DNA from: Nitrospirota bacterium
Lineage (GTDB): Bacteria; Nitrospirota; UBA9217
Assembly: GCA_963749655.1 (NCBI GenBank)
Contig: CAVVOB010000030.1
Coordinates: 96,001-160,000 of the forward strand
Direction: 5' to 3'
DNA length: 64,000 nucleotides
Shown one piece after another: positions 1-10,124 of the stretch (within the stretch, counting starts at the first letter, position 1; every line of letters starts with the position of its first letter). The position numbers were made by a program, and so were the translations under genes. Under the pieces are notes generated by a model. It saw only the letters and a program-made list of their open reading frames with translations. It was not told the DNA's origin and did no database searches.

Positions 1-914
1 GGAATACACGGGGCATTATCTTTGTGGGCGGCACCATCCTCGGCACCACCAACCGGGGCAATCCGTTCGCGCACAAAACCGTGGTCAACAACCGGGAGAT
101 CGTGGAGGACATGTCCGCTGTTGTTCTGAACAACATCAGGGAGCTGGGGCTCGATGTGCTGGTGGTTATCGGCGGCGACGGCTCCCTCAAGATCGGCTCG
201 GGCCTGCAGAAGCTGGGCGTCCCGGTCATCGGCGTGCCCAAGACCATCGACAATGACCTCATGGCGACCCACGTCACCTTCGGCTTCCAGACAGCGGTGG
301 ACACGGCGACGGAAGCGCTCGACAAGCTCCATACGACCGCGGAAAGCCACCAGCGGGTCATCGTGCTCGAAGTGATGGGGCGCTACGCCGGATGGATCGC
401 CCTTGAAGCCGGCATGGCGGGGAGCGCCGATGTCATACTCATCCCGGAAATTCCTTTCAGCTTCGAGAAAGTCACGGAAAAGCTGCTCGAGCGGAAAAAA
501 GGCGGCAGCAAGTCCAGCATCGTGGTCGTGGCCGAGGGCGCAAAGCCCGCGGGCGGCGAAATGGCTGTACGGGAAAAAGCGGCCGACGGGTACGTGCTGA
601 GGCTGGGCGGCATGGGCGAGATCGTGGCCAGCGAGATCACGAAGCGCGCCTGCATCGAAACGCGGGTGACCGTGCTCGGCCACCTGCAGCGCGGCGGCAG
701 CCCCTGTTCCTTCGACCGCCTGCTGGCGACCCGCTACGGCGCGGCGGCGGTCGAGCTCATTGCGCGGAAAAAATTCGGCGAGATGGTCTCCTACCAGCCG
801 CCGGTCATAACCTCGGTGCCGCTCGAGAGCGCCATCAGCCAGCTCAAGCTCGTCGATCCGGACGGAGAACTCGTCAAACTCGCCGAGGGCATGGGAGTGA
901 GCTTCGGACGATGA
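1..914 (+). CDS. pfkA: 6-phosphofructokinase (5' end outside window)
   Basis: Motifs GGTILGT, IGGDGS, GVPKTIDND, EVMGR, LGHLQRGG; frame is open to the window start. Confidence 0.93.
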   Translation, partial: NTRGIIFVGGTILGTTNRGNPFAHKTVVNNREIVEDMSAVVLNNIRELGLDVLVVIGGDGSLKIGSGLQKLGVPVIGVPKTIDNDLMATHVTFGFQTAVDTATEALDKLHTTAESHQRVIVLEVMGRYAGWIALEAGMAGSADVILIPEIPFSFEKVTEKLLERKKGGSKSSIVVVAEGAKPAGGEMAVREKAADGYVLRLGGMGEIVASEITKRACIETRVTVLGHLQRGGSPCSFDRLLATRYGAAAVELIARKKFGEMVSYQPPVITSVPLESAISQLKLVDPDGELVKLAEGMGVSFGR

Positions 915-2053
915 ACCTCTTCTTTCTCATGATCTTCGCCGTCTACGGCGGCATGCATGTCTATGCGTTCCTGCGCGCGCGAAGCGTCCTGCACTTCAGC
1001 CTGCCGGCGGGCATCGCGATCGCTGCATTCATGCTGGTCATGATCGCCTCCCTTTTCATCATCAGGCAGCTCGAGTACCTCGGCTACGAGGTTTCCGCCC
1101 GCCTGTTTGCCTATTGTTCCTATTTCTGGCTGGCGGGATTGTTCCTCTTTGTCTGCGGCTCGCTTGTCCTGGACGGCGCCAACGGGCTTCTGCGGGCCGC
1201 GGGCTGGGCCTTCCGCTTCGAGCACGCCGCCCTCCTTATCTCCCCGCGACCCTCCTTTTTTACGGCCCTCGGGCTTTCCGTTGTCATCTGCGCGTACGGA
1301 TATTTCGAAGCCCGTCATATCGGCGTGGAGAAGGTCGTGATCGAGACGTCCAAGCTGCCCGCGGGAACGGAGCGGCTCACCATCGCCCAGATCAGCGACG
1401 TTCACCTCGGCCTCATAATCCGCTGCTCCCGTCTCGGCGCCATGCTGGAAGCAGTCAAGGCCGCGAAACCCGATATTTTCATTTCCAGCGGCGATCTCGT
1501 CGATGCGCAGCTCAACCACCTGCCGGGCCTTGCCGAACTCCTGCGGGAGATCAAGCCCCGGTACGGCAGCTACGCCATCACCGGAAACCATGAATACTAC
1601 GCCGGCATCGATAAAGCGCTGGCGTTCACCCGCGAAGCCGGTTTCCGGGTGCTGCGGAACGAAGCGGTCCAGGCAGGGCCGATCACGATCGCCGGTGTCG
1701 ACGATCACACGGCCGTTCAGCTCCGGCTCGAAAACCCCGTGGCGGAAGACAGTCTGCTGAAGACGCTCCCGAAGGACCGGTTCACCCTGTTTCTGAAGCA
1801 CCAGCCCCATATCCTGCCTTCCACGATTGGTTTATTCGACCTCCAGATGTCCGGCCACACACACAAGGGGCAGATATTTCCCTTTTCCCTTCTCGTGCGC
1901 CTAAGCTTCCCGTTGCTTGCGGGTGATTATGACCTGGGCAAGGGGTCCCGCCTTCATGTCAGCCGCGGGACCGGCACCTGGGGCCCTCCGATCCGGTTTC
2001 TTTCTCCGCCGGAAGTGACGGTGTACGAAATTGTGAGAAAGTTCGGACAATGA
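911..2053 (+). CDS. Membrane-anchored calcineurin-like metallophosphoesterase
   Basis: N-terminal TM helices; motifs SDVHLG, GDLVD, GNHEYY, SGHTHKGQ. Confidence 0.88.
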   Translation: MNLFFLMIFAVYGGMHVYAFLRARSVLHFSLPAGIAIAAFMLVMIASLFIIRQLEYLGYEVSARLFAYCSYFWLAGLFLFVCGSLVLDGANGLLRAAGWAFRFEHAALLISPRPSFFTALGLSVVICAYGYFEARHIGVEKVVIETSKLPAGTERLTIAQISDVHLGLIIRCSRLGAMLEAVKAAKPDIFISSGDLVDAQLNHLPGLAELLREIKPRYGSYAITGNHEYYAGIDKALAFTREAGFRVLRNEAVQAGPITIAGVDDHTAVQLRLENPVAEDSLLKTLPKDRFTLFLKHQPHILPSTIGLFDLQMSGHTHKGQIFPFSLLVRLSFPLLAGDYDLGKGSRLHVSRGTGTWGPPIRFLSPPEVTVYEIVRKFGQ

Positions 2054-2249
2054 GCGATTAAAATTGCGAATTGCGGATTGCTGAAATCAGGACAACGAGT
2101 CGGCAGGGTGGAAAGCTTTTCGGCTTGAACAACATCAATAAGCAACAGTCCTTCTCCGCGCAGACCTGTGACACCTCGCTTCATTATTGGATTTGCGCCT
2201 GATTGGACCGGGGTATGGTGCGTTCAGCAGAGGCCGGCTCATGCGTATA

Positions 2250-2519
2250 TCAAGGTGTGTACTTCGGCGTCCGTGAACGGCCGCCGGGGATGACGAACCG
2301 GTCGCGAATGATCCGCCGGAGGCGGGGCGAATAAATCAGATCGAACGCTTCTTCCTTGCCGGGAAACAGGCTGAGCGCCGCGCGCTTTGTGTTTTTCATG
2401 ATCTCGAAGGCCTCATGCAGGGTGAGATCCGCCTGCTGCATGAGAACGGCCTGGTTCAGGTCCACGATCCACCTCAACATCCGCAGCCTTCGCTCTTCTT
2501 CCCGAAGGGCTTCGTTCAT
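2250..2519 (-). CDS. Small hypothetical protein (MNEALREEERRLR...)
   Basis: ATG preceded by AAGGAAAGGGA; protein-like C-terminal part of ORF 2250..3848. Confidence 0.6.
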   Translation of the reverse strand: MNEALREEERRLRMLRWIVDLNQAVLMQQADLTLHEAFEIMKNTKRAALSLFPGKEEAFDLIYSPRLRRIIRDRFVIPGGRSRTPKYTP

Positions 2520-2671
2520 CGTTTTGTCCCTTTCCTTTTGAAATGATCCTGCCGGAAACATGATACTGCTGCGGAAATAATTTTTCAAGAGCCTGCGAAG
2601 CGGCGGTTGCGTCGTGTCCGGGCGAAAACCTGCGGCAGCCGATCGGGAGCGAATGGCGGGCAACGGGGAGG

Positions 2672-4165
2672 CTACTGGGCAGGCGTCGACTTTTTCTGGG
2701 GAAGCCGGTCGGTTCCCGTGGGAAGCTCTATCGTGAACGATGCGCCTCCGTCCTCGGCGGCGTCGAGGCGGATTGCGCCGCCGTGTTCGGTGACGATACC
2801 GTGGGCGATGGAAAGACCGAGGCCGGTGCCGATGCCGACCGGTTTTGTCGTGAAGAAGGGATCGAAGATCTTTGCCGCCACCTTCTGCGGTATGCCGGGT
2901 CCGTTGTCGCTCACCTTGATCACGACCCGCCGGCTTGCCTTGTCGAAGCGGGTGACGAACCGGATCCTGCCTTTGGTCTGGCCGCCGTCCACGATCGCCT
3001 GCTCGGCGTTCAAGAGCAGGTTCAGGACGACCTGCTGGATTTGCTGGGCGTCCACGAAAACCGTAGAAACGGGATCGTATTCCCGCACGATCTGGATGTT
3101 GTTGGACTTGAGCCAGTAGCTTCTGAGGTCGATGGCGCGGTCGATGATGTCGTTGATGGTCTCCAGGCTCTTCGAGGGCGTGCGCTGCCGCGAGAAGGTC
3201 AGGAGGTTGTCGACGATCTTCTTGCACCGCTCGGCGCTGTCCAGGATCTTCTTGAGCTCGGCCTTCACGGCCTCGTCGGTCACTTTCATGCTGAGGAGTT
3301 CGGTGTACGCGATGGTGCCCGTGAGGGGGTTGTTGATCTCGTGGGCGACGCCCGATACGAGCAGGCCGATCGACGCAAGCTTGTCTGCGTGGTACAGCTG
3401 GTCTTTCAGCCGCCTGACCTCGGTGATGTTCTTCATGACATGGATCGTCAGGGGGCGGCTGTCCTCGCGGAGCGGGAAGATGCTGATCTGGAAGATTTCG
3501 TCGCCGATCTTTTTCTCGTAGATCCGGGGAGCGCCGCTGTCCAGTACGTCCTTCATCGTCGCGGCGCTGGGAAGCTCGAGGTCGAAGACGTCGCTCAGCC
3601 GGTTGCCGACGATTTCCCGCGGATGCTTCCCGATGGAAGCGGCAAAGGAATGGTTCACCTTGATCAGGATCTGGTCGTGGTCCAGAACGAAGATATAGTC
3701 CGTGATGGCGTCGATGATGGACATCCACTGTTTCTGGCTGTGCAGGATCGCCCGGGACCGCTCGGCGTTCTCGTGGGCGGCCTCGAACCGCGTTATGACC
3801 TGCTCGGCAACAAGCGGGTAGATGTCGACCGCGTCGGAGGAGATGCATTCGAACGCCCCGTCGCGGAGCGCCTGGAGCACGATGTCACTGCGTATCTGCT
3901 CGGTCATCATGACCACCGGAGCCGAATGCTGGGCAGATTCGAGGCGCGCCATGATCTCAAAGGCATCCATGCCGCAGCGCGCATGATCGAAGAACACCGC
4001 ATCCACGGTCTCCTGCTTGACGACCTCGATGCCAGCTTCGGGAGTGGACGCAAACAGCAGCCGGGTTCCTGCTGCGGACCGCGCAAAGGCCGCGCTGATC
4101 CGCGCGCGCCGATCGTCGCCGGAAGCGATGAAAAGGATCCTATGTTCAATCCTTCTTGGCGACAA
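2672..4165 (-). CDS. Receiver-PAS-histidine kinase
   Basis: Degenerate N-terminal REC, PAS, H-box GVAHEINNPL, N-box NAEQA, G-boxes DNGPG and GTGLGLS. Confidence 0.9.
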   Translation of the reverse strand: MSPRRIEHRILFIASGDDRRARISAAFARSAAGTRLLFASTPEAGIEVVKQETVDAVFFDHARCGMDAFEIMARLESAQHSAPVVMMTEQIRSDIVLQALRDGAFECISSDAVDIYPLVAEQVITRFEAAHENAERSRAILHSQKQWMSIIDAITDYIFVLDHDQILIKVNHSFAASIGKHPREIVGNRLSDVFDLELPSAATMKDVLDSGAPRIYEKKIGDEIFQISIFPLREDSRPLTIHVMKNITEVRRLKDQLYHADKLASIGLLVSGVAHEINNPLTGTIAYTELLSMKVTDEAVKAELKKILDSAERCKKIVDNLLTFSRQRTPSKSLETINDIIDRAIDLRSYWLKSNNIQIVREYDPVSTVFVDAQQIQQVVLNLLLNAEQAIVDGGQTKGRIRFVTRFDKASRRVVIKVSDNGPGIPQKVAAKIFDPFFTTKPVGIGTGLGLSIAHGIVTEHGGAIRLDAAEDGGASFTIELPTGTDRLPQKKSTPAQ

Positions 4166-4603
4166 AAAGAATATCTATCCTCCTGTTTGAGGTCCACCGA
4201 GCCGCTCCCGAAAAAAAACCGTCGCCCAGGGACGTCACTACGCCCCGCTGGTCGCGGCTGATGGCGTTCCCTTTCAGTATAGCAAATTTCGTGAAAGCCC
4301 CCCTGACTTCCTTCTCCGGCGCAACACCGGCATAATCGGGCGTCGTCGGTCCGACGATGACCGGCATGGCGAAGGAGTCCGTTTTCGCCGCCTTAACGCC
4401 GTGTTCACGGTCCGAAGAAGCGTTCGAGCTTCCCCAGGTCCACGCTCCCGTTGCGCTAAATAGTCATGCCCAAAAATTCAGCCCGCCGTCTTATGCTATA
4501 ATGGAAGAGTTTGAACAAATTTCGCCGTGATTGCGGGGCAATCGCGGTCGCGGCAATTCAGCTGTCAGCTGAAAACCGTGCCGGGCAATTCGAGGCCAGC
4601 TTC

Positions 4604-5689
4604 ATGAACGCCATTCCCATCAGACAGACCGGGCAGCTGCTGTCGCTGTTCACGAACGGCACGGAGACGCTGCCGCTCGCAGCGGGCGAGATCGTGACCG
4701 CCGAAGTGCTGGGAACGGGCGCGGGCAATGTCGCCACGGTCAGGCTGAAGAACGCGGTGCTCGACGTGCAGACCGACGTTTCCCTCCGGAAGGGCGACCT
4801 TCTCACGCTGCGCGTCGAGAAGCAGGAGAACGCGGTCTACCTGCGGCTTACCGGCAGCGCGGACCAGTCCGCTTCGGTCAGGAATGCGGCGCTCTCGGCG
4901 CTTGCCGGGTTCGAGAAGCTCAAGCCTGCGACAGAGTCGATTACGGAGCTCGTCAGCCTTCTCTCCCGGCTTCCCGAGGGGCTCAGGGAGAACCTTCCCG
5001 AAATCGACGTCATCAGCTCGTTCCTGCTGCAGATCGACCGTCTCTCGGGCAAGACCTTGAAGGGCATGGTCGAGAACGGCGGCGTATTTTTCGAGAGCAA
5101 GCTCCGCATCCTGGCCTATGGGCTTGAGGCCGACGGCATGACCGCTGATATCGAGGCAGGCCGCATCATTGCCGGCGACCTCAAGGCCGCGCTCCTGCGT
5201 CTCAAGGACACGCTGCTCTCGCCGTCGGTGCTCGAGAGCCTCTCGACGCGGGTCAGCACCGGCGATCTCCTGTCCGCGCTGAACGCCGTCCTGCGGAACA
5301 TCGAATATTGCCAGCTCCAGTCGAAACTCACCGATTCCCTCCATTTTTTCCTGCCGCTCGTCTGGCAGCAGCTGAAGGACGGTGAAATCATCATGCGGGA
5401 GTACGATCACGGCAAGCAGGGTGAGCGGTCCTATGCCTGCACGGTTTCACTCGATCTCGAACGCGCCGGCAAGGTCCGCGTGGACATGCTTTTCCAGGGC
5501 GGCTACATTCACGTGACCTGCGCGGCCGAGAACAGTGGTTTTTCGCAGATCCTTCAGGACGGCGCACAAGCGCTCGAAGGGCAGTTTAAGGCGTCGGGGA
5601 TCAGGCTTGGCCATCTCTCCGTTCGGCACGAGCCGGGACTGGACCTTCGCAAGGAATATAAGGGTGGGGGATTAAGCATCAGGGCGTGA
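4604..5689 (+). CDS. FliK-like (hook-length control C-terminal domain) protein
   Basis: C-terminal 'SLDLERAGKVRVD...LEGQFKASGIRLGHLSV' FliK-C pattern; next to an flhB-C homolog. Confidence 0.65.
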   Translation: MNAIPIRQTGQLLSLFTNGTETLPLAAGEIVTAEVLGTGAGNVATVRLKNAVLDVQTDVSLRKGDLLTLRVEKQENAVYLRLTGSADQSASVRNAALSALAGFEKLKPATESITELVSLLSRLPEGLRENLPEIDVISSFLLQIDRLSGKTLKGMVENGGVFFESKLRILAYGLEADGMTADIEAGRIIAGDLKAALLRLKDTLLSPSVLESLSTRVSTGDLLSALNAVLRNIEYCQLQSKLTDSLHFFLPLVWQQLKDGEIIMREYDHGKQGERSYACTVSLDLERAGKVRVDMLFQGGYIHVTCAAENSGFSQILQDGAQALEGQFKASGIRLGHLSVRHEPGLDLRKEYKGGGLSIRA

Positions 5690-5699
5690 AAAGCATGCA

Positions 5700-5927
5700 G
5701 CCACGGATGAAGAGCATGTAACCACGGATGAACACTGATAAACACGGATGACTCAAGGTTAAAGAAAACGCCTGAATCTTCGGCTGGTGGTCATGATAAG
5801 AGAGTTTGTAACCACGGATGAACACTGATGAACACGGATGACTCAAGGGTTAAGGAAAAACACCAGGTGAAGTTTTCATGCAGACCCGGATGTTGATTTG
5901 GCGTTTTAACCGTGTTCATCCGTGGTT
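5700..5927. repeat. 9-bp-period AACCACGGATGAACAC... repeat cluster (tandem forward arms plus one inverted arm)
   Basis: Near-identical 42-mers at 5717-5758 and 5807-5848; inverted arm CCGTGTTCATCCGTGGTT at about 5910-5927. Confidence 0.85.
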
Positions 5928-5973
5928 ATAATAAAAGAGTTTGAATCTGCCGTAACCAGGACGAGGGAATGAA

Positions 5974-6237
5974 GTGAAGGACAACCGGGAAAAAGCAGCG
6001 GCGCTGAAATACCGGAAAGGCGTCGATTCCGCGCCCTCCGTCGTTGCCAAGGGCAGGGGGCTCGTGGCCAAGAAGATCATCGACCTTGCCCGGAAGAACG
6101 GCGTGCCGGTCCATGAAGACCGCAACCTGATCGAGCTCCTCTCGACGATCGAGCTGTACGAGGAGATCCCGACGGAGCTGTACAAGGCCGTTGCAGAGGT
6201 CCTTGCCTATATCTACCGGATGAGCAACCAGCTCTGA
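5974..6237 (+). CDS. FlhB cytoplasmic-domain-like protein (FlhX/YlqH type)
   Basis: AAALKY...APSVVAKGRG...EIPTELYKAVAEVLAYIY. Confidence 0.88.
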   Translation: MKDNREKAAALKYRKGVDSAPSVVAKGRGLVAKKIIDLARKNGVPVHEDRNLIELLSTIELYEEIPTELYKAVAEVLAYIYRMSNQL

Positions 6238-6270
6238 TCCGTTTCCGCGGGAAGCCGCGTTTCCGGCTCA

Positions 6271-8422
6271 TCAGAAGGGAACAGCGTGCTTTGATTTCGC
6301 GTCGAGGATCCGCCTCACCACGGACAGCAGGTTGTAGGATTCGAAAGGCTTCTGCAGAAATCCGTCGATGTCCTTGATGTCCTCTTTTTCCGCCACATAC
6401 TTCGTGTAGCCCGAAACTGCAAGCACCTTTACTTCCGGATGGATCGCCTTCACCTGTCGGATCAGCTCCTTCCCGTCCAGGCGCGGCATGACGATGTCCG
6501 TGATGAGCAGCGCCGTTTCGTGGAAAATCCTCCGGTAGATGTCCAGGGCCACGGTGGGATCGCTGGTCGCGAACACCTTGTAGCCGTGGCTTTCCAGCGC
6601 CTCCCGCATGATGTCCAGAATGTCTTCCTCGTCGTCGACCACCAGGAGCGTTTCCTTTCCCATGGTCGGCGCGATGCGGGCTTCCGCCATGATCGCTGCG
6701 GAGGGTGAGGCCGGAAGGTAGACCGTGAAGATGCTTCCGGTGCCGACCGTGCTCTGGACGGCGAGAAATCCCTGGTGGTCCTTGACGGCTCCGTAGACCA
6801 TGGAAAGTCCGAGCCCCGTGCCCTTCCCCTGTTCCTTGGTCGTGAAGAACGGCTCGAAGATCTTGCTCACGATCTCCTGGGGTATTCCCGCAGCCGGTGT
6901 CCGTGACGCTCAGTATCACGTATTCTCCCGGCGGCACATAGGGCGGAACGTTCGGCATCTTTCTGACGACCGTCTTCGCCTCGGTCTTGATGGAGATGCG
7001 GCCGCCGGTGGGCATGGCGTCGCGGGAGTTGACGATGAAGTTCATGATGACCTGCTCCATCTGGTTCGCATCGCCCTGGATCAGCGGGAGGCGGTTGTCC
7101 AGCTCGACGGTCATGCTGATCTTCTTGTCGATGACCTGTTCCAGCAGCTTCACCGTGTCGTAAACCACGTCGTTCAGATTGAGCGGAGTCAGCTCGTATT
7201 TGCTCTTTCGGGAGAAGCCCAGCAGCTTGGAGATCATCCGTCCGGCCCTTCGGGACGCGTCCTCGATGACGCCGATGCTGCGCAGGGAGCGGTCGTCGAG
7301 CGTCGAGGATTTCCGTACGATGGCCGCGTGCCCGAGGATGGCGGTGAGGATGTTGTTGAAGTCGTGGGCGATGCCGCCGGCCAGGACGCCGATGGACTCC
7401 ATTTTCTGGGACTGGAACAGGTGCTCCTGGAACTTCTTCTTTTCCGTGATATCGCGGTAGAACGACTGGATATAGGTCGCATCGCCGATGGTGACGGCCT
7501 TGGCGCTGATTTCGAAGTGAACGGAGGACCCGTCGCGTTTGTTGTGGCGGGCTTCAAACACCAGCGATTCGCCGTCCAGGATCCGGCGCATCCGTTCGGC
7601 CATCTTGTCCCGGTCGCCGGCGTCCTCCAGCAGCCTGATGTGGGTGCCGATGAGCGTTTCCCGCGTGAAGCCGTGCATCTCGCAGGCCCGCTCATTTGCG
7701 TTCACGATGATGCTGCTCCTGTCGAGGACGATGATGCCGTCGGTCGCGTTCTCGAACAGCGCCCGGTGCCACTGCTCCGACTCGTGCAGCTCCTTCGTCC
7801 GCTCCTCGACCATGCTTTTGAGCTGCGAGGAGTAGGCCTCGAGCTGCAGCTTGTCCTGGGAGAGGTCGTACTCCAGGGAGAGGTTCTGCACGTACAGTTT
7901 ATAATTCACGTACCGCCACAGGAGGCCTCCGCCTATGGTGGCCGCGAGAAATACGCTGTTATTGATGAAAATGCTCGGATTGGTGATCGTATCGAGCGCC
8001 AAAATGGGAATTACGTAAATGGCATAGATTATTCCCGCCAGCACAAGCGACAACCGCAGGGAAATGGGGAGCAGCCCGAAGAGAAAGACATACACGATCA
8101 TCAAACCCGCATAGTAGGGGGACTGATGGCCGCCGAAGGAGAGAATCATCAATTCGACCATCGTTGAGATCGCTATCGTGGCCGCAACAATAATGACGTT
8201 GAAAACGGGGATTTTCTTGTAGAGAAAATACAAGCCGATGTAAACTGCGGAGGTGGCCACCCGATAGAGAATGAACCGCTTGAAATTTTCGGGCGTGACG
8301 AAGTAATCCAGGAAGCCGAGCATCAAGATGCCCAGCGTGGCGAAGAGCAGGAGCTTTTCAAAGAAAAGACGCGACGCATCCTGCAGATGCTGCTGGATAT
8401 AGCGTTCTTTATCGGAGCTCAT
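6271..8422 (-). CDS. Membrane-bound hybrid sensor histidine kinase (TM-PAS-HisKA-HATPase-REC), +1 frameshift near 6889
   Basis: ORF 6077..8422 supplies TMs, PAS and [10 protein letters not shown]; ORF 6271..6870 supplies [15 protein letters not shown] and REC; one extra G at DTGCG/IP joins them. Confidence 0.85.
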
Positions 8423-8439
8423 CGTAGCGCTACTTTAGC

Positions 8440-9855
8440 CTACTTTTTCCCTTTAATCAAGATCATCTTTGCCGTACCGTAGCCGACGTATGCGGTACCG
8501 GAAATCCCGAGGCCCAGGGTTGTCCAGTGCCCGGCCAGGTACAGCCCGCCGATGAAAAGCGGTTTGCGCATGCTGGGCACGGCCAGCTGCTCCGGCATAG
8601 CTGCCCATCCCAGCGAAGCGCCTTCATAATTCAGCGTGTATCGGAACAGGGTCTGCGGAGTGGCTGCATCGCGGCAGACGATATGCTTCGATAAGCCGGG
8701 GACCGCGCGCTTTTCGATGACGTCGATGAACGCTTCCCGCCAGGCGGCCTTGTTCTCTTTCCAGAAAGCCGCGTTCTTAAAAGGCGCGAGGATAAGGGCC
8801 GTCAGTGTCGAGGCATCGCGGCCGATCCGCAGCGCGATCCCGCTGAAACTCCCCTGGTCCCGGGTCCGCATATCGTGAAACATTTTTTCGATGTCGTAAT
8901 GCTCGGAGAAAAAGAAAAACGTCCCCGGCGTGCAGGGGGGCGTAAAAGCCTCATCGAGGCCCAGGTATACGATGAAATTGGACATCGAAGGCGTCATGCC
9001 TTCCAGTCCGGCGCGGAAATCCCGGTCGACGCAGGCGCCGTCCAGGAGCTCGAGAAAGGTCTGCCTGGCATCGCAGTCCGATATCACCTGTCGCGCCTGC
9101 ACGAAGCCGGCGGTGTCGAGCGTGACGCCGCTGACAGCCGCGTCACGCACGGTGATTTTTGTCGCGGTTGTCGACAGCCGCAGGTCTCCGCCCAGTTCCC
9201 TGAACCGTTCCGCAAGAACGTCGGACAGGGCCTGCATTCCGCCTTCCGGGTAATAGCCGCCGTCGAAGAGGAATTCGGAATACAATTTGGCGCCGACAAA
9301 TGCGGATATCATGGACGGCGGGAGCGCCCCGATTCCCAGGAAAGGCAGGGACAGGAGCGCCTTCAACTTCTCATCGTTGAAATACAGGTCCAGCAATGCC
9401 TTGAAGGTCAGGCGTCTTAATTTGGCGAAGGAGGAGGGGTGGGAATCCCTCAAGAGGTTGAAAAAATCCCCGAGCCGCGTTCTCTCGGAAGGAAATGCCG
9501 CCTGAAATTCATCGACCGTCCTCGCATAATCGTTCCAGAATGAAACCGAGTAATCCGGGGTGTTGATCACGTCCGAGGGATCCGGTCGTGTAATCCGCAA
9601 CCGCCGGTCGACGCCGATTTCCTGAAGGATCTTCCTCATCATTCCTTCCTGCCGGTAGGACCCGAAGCAGTGAGGGGCGGCATCGAAAAGGAATCCGTTT
9701 CTTCTGAAGGAAGTGCAATAGCCGCCCGGTTTATGATGCCGTTCCGCGATCATCACCTTCATCCCGGCTTTTGCGAGAAAGCAGCCGCAGACCAGGCCGC
9801 CGATGCCGGCGCCGATGACGACGGCATCGTAGGGGGGCTGGTCAGTTTTTCCCAT
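8440..9855 (-). CDS. Phytoene desaturase-like FAD-dependent oxidoreductase
   Basis: GAGIGGL dinucleotide motif, PGGYCTSF, YPEGGMQAL, GLYLAGHWT. Confidence 0.85.
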   Translation of the reverse strand: MGKTDQPPYDAVVIGAGIGGLVCGCFLAKAGMKVMIAERHHKPGGYCTSFRRNGFLFDAAPHCFGSYRQEGMMRKILQEIGVDRRLRITRPDPSDVINTPDYSVSFWNDYARTVDEFQAAFPSERTRLGDFFNLLRDSHPSSFAKLRRLTFKALLDLYFNDEKLKALLSLPFLGIGALPPSMISAFVGAKLYSEFLFDGGYYPEGGMQALSDVLAERFRELGGDLRLSTTATKITVRDAAVSGVTLDTAGFVQARQVISDCDARQTFLELLDGACVDRDFRAGLEGMTPSMSNFIVYLGLDEAFTPPCTPGTFFFFSEHYDIEKMFHDMRTRDQGSFSGIALRIGRDASTLTALILAPFKNAAFWKENKAAWREAFIDVIEKRAVPGLSKHIVCRDAATPQTLFRYTLNYEGASLGWAAMPEQLAVPSMRKPLFIGGLYLAGHWTTLGLGISGTAYVGYGTAKMILIKGKK

Positions 9856-10105
9856 GAGCGGACCTTTCGGTCAGCAGCCTGTTGACCAGCGTGACCGCCT
9901 GGTTCACGGTCGTTATTTTCGGAACATCCTCATCCCTGACCGAGAGTTTGAACTTCTTTTCGAGCGCTACCGTGATTTCGATGGCCTTGATGGAATCTAT
10001 TTCCAGGTCCTCGAAAAAATGAGTGTCCGGTTTTATCTCGGCTTCGTCGAATCCCGAGATGTCCGCAATGATGGAAATGATCTGCTGCTCAATGGGGTCA
10101 GACAT
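9842..10105 (-). CDS. Acyl carrier protein
   Basis: DLEIDSIKAIE phosphopantetheine motif. Confidence 0.9.
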   Translation of the reverse strand: MSDPIEQQIISIIADISGFDEAEIKPDTHFFEDLEIDSIKAIEITVALEKKFKLSVRDEDVPKITTVNQAVTLVNRLLTERSAHGKN

Positions 10106-10124
10106 GGTTCTCCGCAATCCTTTC

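Noticed and set aside
2783-4261. Long antisense or alternate-frame ORFs (also 791-1810, 6800-8167, 33315-34655, 57703-59073, 61161-62678)
   Set aside because: Shadow ORFs of real high-GC genes with no recognisable motifs
5717-5848. Two 42-bp direct repeats with a 48-bp spacer as a CRISPR array
   Set aside because: Only two full units, internal 9-bp periodicity, an inverted third arm and no cas genes
6880-6895. Programmed frameshift in the hybrid kinase
   Set aside because: Single extra base in a short run; similar indels near 25730, 28870, 59052 and in IS4 point to sequencing error
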